Source: Saccostrea cucullata (Eukaryota). Taken from it: a DNA stretch of 64,000 nt. Below, in pieces: positions 28,218 through 41,600 of this stretch. The notes beneath the pieces are model-generated. The model was given only the letters and a program-made list of their open reading frames with translations, was not told the DNA's origin and did not search any database. Location: the NCBI RefSeq assembly GCF_032062105.1, contig NW_026930107.1, positions 1-64,000 on the forward strand, written 5' to 3'. The position numbers were made by a program, and so were the translations under genes. Every line of letters starts with the position of its first letter. Position 1 is the first letter of the stretch.

Positions 28218-29779
28218 ACACTTGTTGTGTTATAACTTTGTATATATATTTTATCGACTTATCAACATATAAAGAGTTATACCTCCTTATTTATGCCCAT
28301 ATTTTGAATTGTATTGAGGTGTATTTACATAATAGAAGACAACTTCTTTTGTTCAATAGATCTTAATGCTTTAACTTTTATCGACTGATATATTATACTA
28401 ATTTTCAAATGTCGATCTAAACAAAATATTTATTCATGTCAATATAGTATTGTCGATATGAAGAAATAAATATGAAGTTATACCGACATAGATATATGAA
28501 TATTTTCAAGAGAAGTCAGAAAAAGGTGTTTTTGAATTAACTTGGCGGGAGCGGGAATTCTAATTAATCTTCACTTCACTTGGGAAGCATATGTACCATG
28601 TATTTGCTATCGTGTACGATTATAGGCTGAAACAGAATTAAAGATATTTGAAAAGTGGAGATGAATAGACATCAAAAGTTAATTTATATGCATTGTCATA
28701 GGAAATTATTATACCCATCATTTTGAATAGGGAATCTGATATATTCTATCATGGTTCACTGCTTATATCTCTTGAGTTCAATGGGGATTGTAAATTCCTT
28801 ATGAAGCGAAAATAGAAAGTACCTAACACTATTATAAAAGTAACACTGTTTATATATGTACTTTGTAAATATTTGATGTTGTTCCAATCTGTGGTATACA
28901 TAGGATCTGACTCATGAATGCGAACCTCCACAGTCTTGAAACCTCCCACCCACCCCCACTCCCTGCATAAAAATATAATAACACCAGATCTAACTTCTTA
29001 TTGCTTTAAATAATATAAAATAATTTGTGCTTTCAGCCACTCTGTATAAGCTTAGTCACAAAGTTTAAAGGAGGAAAGTGTAGTGTCAGCCAAAATAAAT
29101 TGATAACAAGAAAAACACCCCAGGGATTTAATAATCAAACTGCGAGAATTTTCTCAAATTTGAGGACATATCAGTGGATCTCTGCTGTACTCAGTTTTTG
29201 AGTTGTTTTTTTTTATAGCTGGATGAGGGGCACAAAGATACTCTTGTCTCCCCCTCTTCAAAAGTGGTGATCGGCGCAATAGCCCACTATAGATTATAAC
29301 TTTCAATTTGTCTCCATCTCCCTTTTTTTAATATACTTTTTAATTTGATTCAGCCTTTAATCGTACATGCTCACATGATACATACATGTAAGCTTTCACT
29401 GAATCCCGAGTGAAGTGAAGGTTCATTGGAATTCCCGCCCCCACCAAAATAATTCAAAAACACTTTATTCTGCCTTCTTTATCGCAAATATTCATAAATT
29501 AAAAGTGATATAACTATATCTTCATTTTTTTCATGTCAACAATATTATTTCGATATGATTAAATATCGTGTTTTAATCAATATCAGAAAATCAATATATT
29601 ATTTCAGTCGATAATCTTAAAGCAATAAAATCTGTTGAACAAAAGAAGTTGCCTTCTATTATGTTAAGAAATCTTTAAAAAATTTAAAATATGTACATAA
29701 ATTAGGAGGTATAACACTTTATATATTGATAAGTCGATAAAATATAAAACAATATACAAAGTGATAACAAAACAAGTGT
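28218..29779. mobile_element. Old foldback/TIR element with long imperfect inverted arms
   Basis: ~28218-28580 is the degenerate reverse complement of ~29400-29779 (e.g. TTTTATCGACTTATCAA / TTGATAAGTCGATAAAA; GGCGGGAGCGGGAATTC / GAATTCCCGCCCCCACC). Confidence 0.6.
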
Positions 29780-31322
29780 AGAGCCATTTACGCTTCCGTA
29801 GTAACCTGTTTGTGGCGTGATTGCAATGCTTTGATACATATCTAAACATTTATCGTTAGTAGAATTTGATGAAAAAATGTTTATCATCAAGATTTATCTA
29901 AGGGCTACTTAAAAATAAGGATAAACGTTAGAGACAAAAGTGATATTAAACAAAGGCTTGTCTCTATTGGTATATTCTCTATGCACAAAGATTAAATCAC
30001 TCGCCAAAAACTGCATTAAATACTTGTTTACATTGTGAATTAAACGATTATTTTTTTTACTTCCTAATTTTTTTTTTTAAATTTTTAAACATAAAAAGCA
30101 AGCAGAGCAAATCATTTTAGATTTATATAATATTACCGGTAAATATTATTGCGCCGTGTGATTAGGTCACGTATTGACATATGATCTGTGAATTACTTCA
30201 TTCAGATATTAAGATATTAATTGTTCTCTGCATGTTTATATAATAGAGACATACCACAAATGTATATATTGAACGGTTAAATAGCAATTTTTTCGCAGAT
30301 TGGGGAATCAAAATCCGGTTTAGATGTGATTATTTTTAATTTTTTTTTTGGATATTCGGGACATAGATAAAAAAATAAAGGTGATGAATCATTTTTTGAA
30401 CACAAACTTGGTGGAATCCTGCATGATCTTTGTAATTTATTTTTTGGTATAAAGTTTTCAAAACAAGCAGAATATTTTCCTAAGGGTGTTAATATGATTG
30501 TTGATCTTACTCAAAAATAAATTTATGAAGGCGATATAAGTATGAAAAATGTGTGATTCAATTTTAAACAGGCACAAAAAAGAATGATCTTACCAAATTT
30601 TACTAAATGTCCGAGAAGTAGTACCAAAATGAACAACATAGCTGTTTTTCCCGCTTTAGTCTCACTGCATGTTTGTATTATTTTTTTTAACTGTGCATTT
30701 CATACCCATTACTTAAGTGCATGCGTCAACCTGATGCAATAGGATTCATTAAAGTGTAGGAATTTATTTGATGTATATGGAATTAACCACGACATCGATC
30801 TAATAAAAATATCAACAAGAAAAATACATTTTTTTTCCCGTTAGAAACAATTCAATCAGTGACTTTCTGCAAAAAAAATTGCGCAACTCATGTATGCCTA
30901 AATTCAATGCAACCAAGTTGATCAAAATTTTTTTTTTACATTTACATGCGTGATTGTAACACAAAATTCAAAACATATACTAGGAAACAACTTTTAACGC
31001 AGAATTCTTAAAAACGCTGATATTTTTCTATGAAAGAGAGAGAGAGAGAGAGAAAGAGAGAGTTATCACTCCTTTCCTGGTTAGTTGAGCTAAGTTCTAA
31101 ATAGTTCATTAGAAAATATTTCGCAGATTAATGTAGAATTAGTTATAAGTTGTTAATCATATTTTTCACATCGTAAAACTATACATTTCGGAGATAACTA
31201 AAATGTTTTACATTTATTTATTGATTGAAACAATGAAAAAATCCACTTAGACGTAAACTTTTGATAACAACCGCAAATTGTATTAATACATGTACATCAC
31301 ATATATGTATAGTTTATTGATC

Positions 31323-34300
31323 GACGTCTGAAAAGTTATAATTTGTGCAGATTCTTCGTAGATGCTTGTGTCCAGTTTTTCAAACAAATTTTTCTTTGCT
31401 TTGCCTGCACGGCTATGGAACTTCTTTGGCAAACATGAATTTGGATACACTTCGAGAAGATAATTCTTTGAATTAAAATCCAATTTTTCAAGACACACGG
31501 CTTTTCAGTGTAAACGCCATGCTTTTTTGTCGATGGCGGGACAGAGAGGAAATTCGAACGATGTTATCTTTATTCTGATTAATGAGGAAGACTCTTGAGC
31601 CAATTCTAGTTAATTTGAAGCTATTATAGACTTATCAACTTCCAACACTATACCTGGTTTGCGATATTGACTGAAATTATTACATAATCATATATATTTT
31701 CTTCCTTGCAGAAAATTTTCTACTTGCTTCAGGATGCCGATTACAAAAAACCATTATAATACAGTTAAATGAGTTCATAGGTTTAACGTATATACATAAA
31801 TCAGATTGTACAATATGTGTATAACAGTTTCAATATCATTTGTACATGAAGTAAAGCAGGATCATAGAAAAAATCTTACAAATGATTCATTCTAAGTTCA
31901 TAAAGCAGACAAAGCACAATAATATAAATTTAGTATTAGTAGTAGTGAGGATAAATTCGTTAATTATATCAATGTCAATTAACTTCTGCTATCAATCTTG
32001 TACATTTATGAAAACATTTTCCAAGTTTAGACAGCTCTGTTACATTTTTGTCGACAATTGAACATGTTTAAAGGTACAAGGGTCGTTCATTCGTTGGTAA
32101 CGTAATTTACTGTTTATCATAATGAATAGATCGTTGTTTCCCTTTTGGCAAGTGTACATGGTGACAAACACGACATTAAATGAGAAGGTGGATTGTGATT
32201 TAAAGGAAGAATAAGAATGTATAATGAAATATATGGAGATAAGAACAGTATACGAGCTCAAATGTTAATGCAAGCAATACAAATCAGGAGCAGAGCAATC
32301 ATATAGACCTTTAAGACATCAGAGGTTGGATCAAGTGCCACGGAAGAGTGATCATTCCCTGCCGATCGGTCGCATCGCCATACACTCCATGTCGTGATTG
32401 GGGAAAACGAAAAAAAAATTCGTAGACAGTTCAATGTGTAAATAATGACGTTATAATTTGTTTGAAAAATATCAACCTTGCAGCATTGAAATTAATGATA
32501 GGGTATATTTAATGACAAAATATTAGTATCGACCATCAATTTTGCGAAAACGAATTCAAACGAGAATGCCCGATGGGGTATCATTATTTCATCAGTTTGT
32601 TAAAGTGTCAATAGCTTGCTCTGTTTGTTTTTGGTAGAGCACGCTCTTGTATATCGAATCAACTGCATGAGGGAAATAAACCTCATACATGTCATGCTTG
32701 TGAGGTAATAAGGTATATTCCGGTATACAGTGTGTACAATAAGTGATGGAAGTTGAAAATTGAACAATTTGATCAAAGACATTCAATCTTTGATTTCAGT
32801 AAGTAACTAAAGCCATACACCCGTATCTATTATCAACAAGAAAACATTGATGTAACCATCAATTGTCGCCCGGGAAATAAATAAAGTAAACAATGGAAAT
32901 GAGTTTTGATCATCAAACCGCTTCGATATATGTGAAAAAGGCATGCGTCTAAATGATGGAGACGATAGTAGAGACTATTTTGAATACTTAAAGTTAAAGT
33001 CGGATAAAATCGAACAAAAACGATACCTTTTTAAACTTTATCAATTCCTCAAGTATAAATGCTGTCTGCATAAAATATATTGAATGGACACCAGGCACAT
33101 GCATCACCTTTATTTCAAAATGCATTTCACTTTAAGAATTTAAAATACGAACTTTGTAAAGTACGTTTTTTCTGCGAAAAGTAAAATTCGATGTTCTAAA
33201 AAAGGGACCTGTCTTTTTTTTTTTTTAAACGTAAATGATAAGCAACTTTATATATATATTACATTTCAAAAACATATCTATTTTTACAAATTCACTTTAT
33301 AGAAATAAATATTTCATGTATCTCGTAATTTATAAAGGGAAAGAACATGCTATTTGACAATCTTTTTAATGCTTAGAAAACCTTTAATTCTTAATAACTT
33401 CTCCCACCTCAATCCCCATATACCAACACTCAAAGTGAACTTATATGTATAGAGCAGTCCGGTCATCCCGGCTGCAATAAACACGGAGACACTAGCAAAA
33501 GCTTACATTAAAGCAATATGAGCTGCATCTTTGAATATTTTATTTTGCTGTTAAAATGTGTCAAAATGATAAAGTATGTTACTGAAACCTTTCTGATCAA
33601 TAAGACTTAAATAAAGCAGAAGAAAGATTTTTCTACAATCCATGAATATGAAGTTTTAATTCAAAATCATTATTGTATAGGACGACAATAATGTAATTTG
33701 AATTAAAACTTATTAATAGCGATTTTTTCGCAGATTGGGGTATCAAAATTCGGTTTAGATGTGATTTTTTTTTTATTTTGATTGGATATTCGGGACATAA
33801 ATAAAAAATGTAGGCGATGAATCATTTTTTGAATACAAACTTGGTGGAATCCTGCATGATCTTTGTAATTTATTTTTCGGAATAAGGTTTTTGAAACAAG
33901 CAGAATATTTTCCTAAGGTTGTTAATATAATTGGTAATCTTACTCAAAATGAAGTTATGAAGGCGATATAGGTATGAAAAATGTGTGATTCAATTTAAAC
34001 AGGCACAAAAAGAATGATCTTACCAAATTTTATAAAATATCCAAGAAGTAGTACCAAAATGAACAACATTGCTGTTTTTCCGCCTTAGCTTCACTGCATG
34101 TTTGTATTATTTGTTTTTCAAACTGTGCATTTTATACCCATTACTTAAATACATGCGTCAACCTGATGCAATAGGATGCATAAAAGTGAAGGAATTTATT
34201 TGATGTTTATGGAATTAACCACGATATCGATCTAATAAAAATATCAACAAGAAAAATACATTTTTTCCCCGTTGGAAACAATTCAATCAATGACTTTCCG

Positions 34301-34758
34301 AATAAAAAAAAAGCAACTCATGTAGGCCTGTATTCAATGTAACCAAGTTGATCATAATTTTTTTTTATATATACATGTGTAATTGTAGCACTCAATGCAA
34401 AACATATACTATTAAACAACTTTTAACGCGAATTCTTAAAAACGCTGATATTTTTCTATGAAAGAGAGAGAGAGAGAAAGAGAGAGTTATCTCTCCTTTA
34501 CCGTTTAGTTGAGCTAAGTTCTAAATAGTTCATTAGAAAATATTTCGCAGATTAATGTAGAATTATATTTAATTAACATAATTTTATTGACAATAGTTAT
34601 AAGTAGTTAATTATCATATTTTTACAAATCGTAAAACTATACATTTCTTAGATAAACTAAAATGTTTTGATGAAATCCAATTAGACGTAAGCTTTTGATA
34701 ACAACCGCAAATTGTATATATACATGTACATCACATATATGTATAGTTTAAGGATCGA
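31323..34758 (+). repeat. Tandem segmental duplication, copy 2
   Basis: Repeats the 5' part of LINE ORF1 (CLEKLDFN.KNYLLEVYPNSCLPKKFHSR) and downstream flank; contains empty sites for copy-1 MITEs. Confidence 0.9.
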
Positions 34759-36461
34759 AAGTTCTGTTAATTTTGAATTCAAAATTTCACAGAACCAACC
34801 GCTATAGGGGTAAACAAAGTTTGTTGATGTGAACTAATCTTTTACATGTAAACATAATTAATTTAATATTAATATTGATGTATTAGGTAAGGGGTTATTA
34901 TCAAAGAAATGTATAATTATGTAAAGCCAAGTTCCCGACTTGATCTTATCTATGATGCTTTGGAGGCTTCAATGGATTCATAAAAAAAGAGAAAAAAAAA
35001 GAGGTTAATATCTTAAAAAGATATGAGATGCGTTTTGGAGAAATTAATTTTGCAAATTAAAATATGCTATTATGATAAATCTGTATGTAATTTAAACCGT
35101 TATGTTTAATAACATTGATATAAAGAATTATTTTTGTTTTCAGAAGAAAGATTTCTACAAAGGAATGTCTAGTTTTATTTTAAATGAATAAATCAATATT
35201 GTACAGGATGACAATAATTTAATTTTGCTTCAACCAAAGCATATAGATAGATCATCTGTCTGAAATATAAAGAATATAGACGTTTATATTTTTTTCTTTC
35301 ATTTAAATAGTTAATTAGATGCACGATATTGCAAGAAAAATTTCCGATTTCAAACTTGCAGCTCATATTGCTTTAAATATGATCAGCTCTTCAAGACAAG
35401 AATGCCCTGAATTATTTCAAATTTATGTGTTTGTGAAACACTGATGCCCCCGTATGGCAGCTTATGGCGATTGTTGAAATTTCTCAAATGCAAGTTAAAT
35501 TAAATGGCCAAGGTCAAATGATCAAAATTGTTGGTATCCAATGGAAGTTCTTCTCACAAGGAATAAACCTGTGAAATATTAAAGTCCTAGTACTAACCAA
35601 TAAAAAAAAATAAAATATTGTGTTTATTTCAGCTTTATATACACAAATATCTGCATGCATTTGAAATCTGCTAGTGAATATTGATGAATTGATTAAGTTA
35701 TAATACTGTTTGGAATATTTGTCACTTTAGCAGTTGTTTAAGAACTTAATAAACCCTTAAAAGATGTACATTATTAAATAAACGTACATGTATTAGAATT
35801 CCCTTGAATGTTCCTTCAGATATCATGTACATGTATATAAAAGAAACTGTTTTAACATCACTTTGGAATACCGGTATTTATACCAGGTTAATCTTTTCTC
35901 ACACATCCTGTCCTACAGTAATGAAAACCTCATTTAACATTTAGTATATAGTCATTTTATAGAGATGTTATTGACATGTTCCGTAGGTACATATATAGAT
36001 TTAATCCATCAAGTTTGTAAATAGAATTAGAACCTGGCTTTTATAAAATTATAGTTGATCTCATTTGTTCCACATCTATTTACCTGCAACTCTTTTAAAT
36101 CCCCCTGAGCATGATGCTATACACCCTATAACCTCTCATGGTGTTTCGACGCCACTGGCATTGACCACGTTTCTATTTATTCAACCCCTCTTTTTATATC
36201 TTTTATACTTAACTTCTGGACTGAATGTTGCATCGAAATAACGACGAATATCTGAAAAGCCAAACTTTTCAATTTCATTTTAATCACAGTTTTTTTTTTT
36301 TAAATACCAAACTTCTCCATAAAGATACGTATTTAAAAATTAACTTTCGCCTCACAATTTGAATTCAAATTTTTCTTAATAGGCTTATGAAGTAATTTTA
36401 AAATCAGTGGGTGATTTTATTTCTAGCACTCGGCGAACTCATCATAATCAAAATTCAACAG

Positions 36462-36468
36462 TATAAAA
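36462..36468 (+). promoter_or_regulatory. TATA box of the Pro-rich secreted protein gene
   Basis: TATAAAA located 55 nt upstream of ATG 36517. Confidence 0.6.
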
Positions 36469-36516
36469 GCAGCAAAGATCGGCAGATCGATGTAGTTAGA
36501 CATTAGAAAAAGCAAG

Positions 36517-36609
36517 ATGAAGGGATGGGTGTATATTCTGTTGCTGGGTGTTTCTGTGGTTTCGGCGAGATCCTTTCACTTCAAACTTAGATCTGAGAAG
36601 AAATCACAG
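36517..36609 (+). CDS. Secreted proline/cysteine-repeat protein, exon 1 (signal peptide)
   Basis: MKGWVYILLLGVSVVSA-RSFHFKLRSEKKSQ followed by the donor CAG|GTATGT (phase 0). Confidence 0.8.
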
Positions 36610-36775
36610 GTATGTAAACTAAACTCAAAATAAAAAAAGATTCTGTACTGAAACTTGAGACGTTACGAACTCTTTCAAAAGTAGGATTTTCTCAACAAAC
36701 GAGGTGACAATTAAAAGTACCGGTATATTGATTCTGAACGGTATTTTTTCTCGATTTCTTCCCGGAAATTGGGTC

Positions 36776-37783
36776 TGTTGCAACCACTATTGAAATAACG
36801 ACCACTATTGTAATAATTATATCAATAGTGGTTGAGAGTGCATTTCAATGGCAAACATAGTTAGTAACCACTATTGAAATACGACCACTATTGAAATAAT
36901 TATATCAATAGTGGTTGAGAGTGCATTCCAATAATAAACATAGATAATAACCACTATTGAAATACGACCACTATTGAAATAATTATTTCAATAATTGGTG
37001 TGAGTGCATTTCAATAGCAAACATAGATAGTAACCACTATTGAAATACGACTTCTATTGAAATAATTATTTCAATAGTGGGTGTGAGTGCATTTCAATAA
37101 CAAACATAGATAGTAACCACAATTGAAATACTTCTTTTGAAATAATTATTTCAATAGTGCGTGAGATTCATTTCAATAACAAACATAGGTTGCAACCACT
37201 ATTGAAATAATGTTCACTTTTGAAATAACGATTTCAATACGGATTAAGTTATTGATTTCAATAGTGCATTGAACAATGAATCCAATATAATTATATTGAA
37301 ATAATTATTTCAAAAGTTGCGGACGCAGTGAAACTTTTCTTTCAATACTGGTAGTATTTCAATAGTGGTTGAAACCTATGGTTACCATAATGAAATGCAC
37401 TCTCACCCACTATTAAATAATTATTTCAGTGGTGCTCGTATTTCAATAGTGGTTGAAACTTATGGTTATTATATTGAAATGCACTCTCATCCACTATTGA
37501 ATAATTATTTCAATAGTGGTCGTATTTCAATAGTGGTTACTAACTATGTTTACATTGAAACCAACCACTATTGATATAATTGTTTCAATAGTGGTCGTAT
37601 TTCAATAGTGGTTATTAACTATGTTTGTTATTGAAATGCACTCTCATTTACTATTGATATAATTATAATGGTGGTCGTATTTCAATAGTGGTTACTAAGT
37701 ATGTTTTCTATTGAAATGCACTCTCAACCACTATTGATATAATTATTTCAATAGTGGTCGTTATTTCAATAGTGGTTGCAACA
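36776..37783. mobile_element. Foldback MITE (TGT..ACA ends, 6-bp TSD) with arms built of tandem subrepeats, in the intron of the Pro-rich gene
   Basis: TGTTGCAACCACTATTGAAATAACGACCACTATTG matches the inverted right end; TSD TGGGTC at 36770-36775 and 37784-37789. Confidence 0.9.
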
Positions 37784-38065
37784 TGGGTCTGTGTGCCTGG
37801 ATGGTGCAGGGGTTGTTTTAAGGAAGTTGGATTTAATTTGCAAGGCATCTCTAAAACTAAAAGATTTTCATCTCTAAAACTGAAAGATTTTCAGATTCTT
37901 CATATGCATTATTTGAAGATGAATTGAAAATACTATATGTCATTCTATTATATCATTAATACAATATCCACCTACAAGTTAAATAAATCTGATTTATTGT
38001 TCGAATTGCATTGTGTAGATTTAAAATTAATGCAATTTGAATTTGAAATCAATGATATTCTTCAG

Positions 38066-38695
38066 GAACCAATACAAGAGACACAAGATAGTGTAAAATG
38101 TCCCTCAGGAGACAAACCTCCACCAAGACAACAACAACGCCAAAACCAAGAAAAGCCATCACCACCGCCAACAAACTGTCCGCCCCCAGAAAAGTTGAAT
38201 CCAAGCAAGCCACCACCCCCAGGAAGTCCACCTCCACCAAAGGAAGAACGACAAGATCCTCCACCTCCTAAATGTCCGCCCCCAGAAAAGTTGAATCCAA
38301 GCAAGCCACCACCCCAAGGAAGTCCACCTCCACCAAAGGAAGAACGACAAGATCAGCCACCTCCTAAATGTCCGCCCCCAGAAGAGTTGGATCCTAGCAA
38401 GCCACCGCCCCCAGGATGTCCACCTCCACCAAAGGAAGAACGACAAGATCAGCCACCTCCTAAATGTCCGCCCCCAGAAGAGTTGGGTCCTGCCAACCCA
38501 CTGCCACCAGGATGTCCACCTCCACCAAAGGAACAACGACAAGATCAACCACCTCCTAAATGTCCGCCCCCAGAAGAGTTGGGTCGTGGCAACCCACTGC
38601 CCCCAGGATGTCCACCTCCACCAAAAAAGGAAGATCGTCAACAAGAAATTAGAGGTTTTTTAAATGCTCTTGAAGATGTTCTTTTGAAAGATTAA
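38066..38695 (+). CDS. Secreted proline/cysteine-repeat protein, exon 2 (five 32-aa CPPP repeats; 240 aa total)
   Basis: Acceptor TTCAG|GAA is in frame with ORF 37937-38695; 96-bp repeats start at 38177, 38273, 38369, 38465 and 38561; AATAAA at 38861-38866. Confidence 0.85.
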   Translation, partial: EPIQETQDSVKCPSGDKPPPRQQQRQNQEKPSPPPTNCPPPEKLNPSKPPPPGSPPPPKEERQDPPPPKCPPPEKLNPSKPPPQGSPPPPKEERQDQPPPKCPPPEELDPSKPPPPGCPPPPKEERQDQPPPKCPPPEELGPANPLPPGCPPPPKEQRQDQPPPKCPPPEELGRGNPLPPGCPPPPKKEDRQQEIRGFLNALEDVLLKD

Positions 38696-41600
38696 TTTTT
38701 ACTGAAATGCCTTATTTATCAATTTTGTAATTATGTTGATCACTTATAATTGTAAGATGTAGATTACATTTAAATAGTTACATGTATATTTTTTTCGATG
38801 CTAATAGCTATTTATCACTTTGTCTACAGTAACTATTTTTAGTTCTAGGCCTATATTTTTAATAAAAACTTGCAGACAGTTTGAGTTTCATTTATGTTAT
38901 ATCTGGTGTTCAAGCGATAAAAACAGATCTAGAAAACTGTTTTGTGGATGGAAAACTCCCAAGTTGTTTTTCGCATTGATGTTTTGACAATTCTTCTTTT
39001 TAAAGAAAAAAAAATTGGGATATTGAGACGAATATGATAAACCTTCATAAAACCTTTTCCCCAAAAGGTAGCAAAATATGTACACATAAAGTCAAAGTCC
39101 AAAAAATATACACATGAAGTCAAAGTCCCCGGAGTATTGAAGTGTACACGGGAAAAAGGTTTTTTGTATGTCAATGTACGATACTAGTATTTCGAAAAAG
39201 GACATAATTACGTCTTAATTCAGATTAATACAATTCAGATAAGACATTAATTTTTTAAAAGCTACACAAGGAAAAGTCAACAATTTTTGACTCTTTTAGT
39301 GGACTTTCAAATTCATTTGTTACAAGTTATAATGAAAGATGACAGAAGATGGCATATACCAGACTATTTGAAAGTTAAGTTAAATAATGAGTGTCACCAT
39401 TACTTTTGAGGATGAGGGCTATTCTAAAATATCAAGGGAAAAGGGGTAAAAATAAGACCTGAAGTATATGTGTTGGGAAAAAAGTATAACATCAGTCTAT
39501 GAAATTCAATGTACAAAAGGAAAATTGGGGTAAGATCACCCTTGAGGTCTAAAAGAAAAATTGAGTGTACAACGGCCAGTACACAAACCTCTGGCAGTTT
39601 TACAGAGAGGCTTACTTTTTCAGGCGGCAAACATGTGCAGGAAACGATTTAGAAAAATTAACCATTTGTACGTGCTAAAGGACACAATGGGTTGTTATTC
39701 GTGACACAACGGTATATTAAAAGGGGAGGTTTGCTGATGACGCAACTCTGCATATTTATGAAAATAATATAGAGAGCACAAGGGAAAATGGGAAGAATGA
39801 TGGGTACTAAACAAAGGAAATCGAAATTAAATAACCAAATCTCAGTTTACATGTCTCTGGCAAACACCTCAATAATTTCAGAAAAAACTTGGGGGAAAAG
39901 TCTGCAAATCTTTAACATACAAATTATTCGGAAAATCAAGAAATTTCTTCCTTTGAAAACAGGTTGTACATGTAGAATAGGCACCACAAAAGAGAGGAGG
40001 ATATGTCTTTTTATGCTCCTTCTAAGGCATTATTTGAAAAATTAGAGTGTAACTTTGCATAAATGTATCTTGTTGGGAAGAATTTAGGAAAACGGATATA
40101 GCAGCAAAAGAAAGAAAACTTGTTTACCTTTAAATATATGACCTACATGAAAAATATCTTCATCAACAGAACTTGTATCTGATTTATATCTTTTTCAAAT
40201 GTATATAATTTATGAAGATATTACATTTTTACATTCTTTGACTGCTATTTAACTGCGATTTTTTCGTCATACTGAGGAAGAATAGTGTGAATTGGTATTA
40301 TACATGTATGTATTTCCTGCATGTGTTCTTGAAAGTGTGTTTAAATCCTAAATCATTAATTATAGGATATGAAAAATGTGAGGTATCAACAGAAGCGTAC
40401 ATTCTTCGATTTACTAAGATTTTTTTCGTCATACGAATTGGTATTATATGTATTTCCTGCATGTTTTCTTGAAAGTGTGTTTAAATCCTAAATCTATAAT
40501 TCGTTCAATATCCCCTTCCCTTTAAGATACGTGACTTGTTTTATTGTCATTCGAGACAAATAAGATCCTCAAAGAAAATTATATAAATTTTTGGATCTCA
40601 TTCGAATAAGTTAGGAAAACGAAAGGGGTATAATACTTCAGATCTGTAAAGTGTTTGTTGACAAAGAATTACATAAGCTACATTAAAACTAAAAGCAAAC
40701 TGGTATCCTAAAGAAAAACATTTTCCCATGTGGTCTAACCATGTATTTTAGGGGCAACATGGTAATAGTTAGAACCGGGGTCCGTAAATCTCCGGAACGC
40801 GGCGAGCGATGGATCCCGTTTGAAGTATTTATTTAGAGTTTTTAAAGGATACAAACAATCTGTAAAGGTATGCTAAATAGGCAAATATTAGGATACTTAG
40901 TCGACAGATTGCTTGGATTGTTGATCAGCGATTTAAGGTGACTCATGTTGTTCAGATCCGTTGCAGATGGTTTGTACTACATGTATTTAAATGTTTCAAA
41001 AAAATTAAAATTTAATGTTCAGTCTATCTCTTACAATATACAGGAAAGGCTTCTAATTGATAACCAATGTCCTGCATTGTGCAAAGGTAAATGCTGATTC
41101 TTTGTCCCTTTTTCATCTAAAAGCATAGGAAATTTGAAAATCGAATTTTGAAACATTGTGATATCGATAAAATTCATGAGGTCTATTTAGTATACATTTA
41201 CAAAATCATAAAAATATTTTTTTTTTTAATCTTATTCTGGTCGAATAAGAAAAATGAAAATAGGAAATATTCGCAATATTTTTTTTAATAATATAAAATA
41301 CCGTTTTCCTACTAAATCGAAATATATATTCTAATAAGCAGAGATATGTATTTCTACAAAGTTTATCAATTCAATAAATGGTAGAAAAGGGGAAAAGAAT
41401 TGTTTACTCTTTAGACTATCAATTTCCGGCCATGCCAAACTTCAAAAATCAATTTTTAAAAATAAGACAGATTGCCCAGTTCTTCCTTAGTGTCAGCAGT
41501 CCTAAAATCTAGGCTACCTGTGAATAGCAGCGTGCAATTAGATTGATTTCTTCTTTTTATAAAGATGATAAATCTTACCTTTATCAAAGAACGCGGAATT

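Larger units (their letters stand above)
24604..31322 (+). repeat. Tandem segmental duplication, copy 1
   Basis: Colinear similarity with 31323-34758: both start GACGT(A/C)TGAAAAGTTA and end CATCACATATATGTATAGTTTA..GATCGA. Copy 1 carries extra segments. Confidence 0.9.

Noticed and set aside
37937-38065. N-terminal 43 codons of ORF 37937-38695 as the real protein start
   Set aside because: This is AT-rich intron sequence upstream of a good acceptor at 38065; a signal-peptide exon exists at 36517-36609.
38049-38644. Minus-strand Gly-rich and Trp/Arg-rich ORFs
   Set aside because: These are antisense shadows of the Pro-rich repeat exon.
40258-40494. Short direct repeat (~80-90 bp, two copies)
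   Set aside because: A small local duplication with no coding or terminal features.
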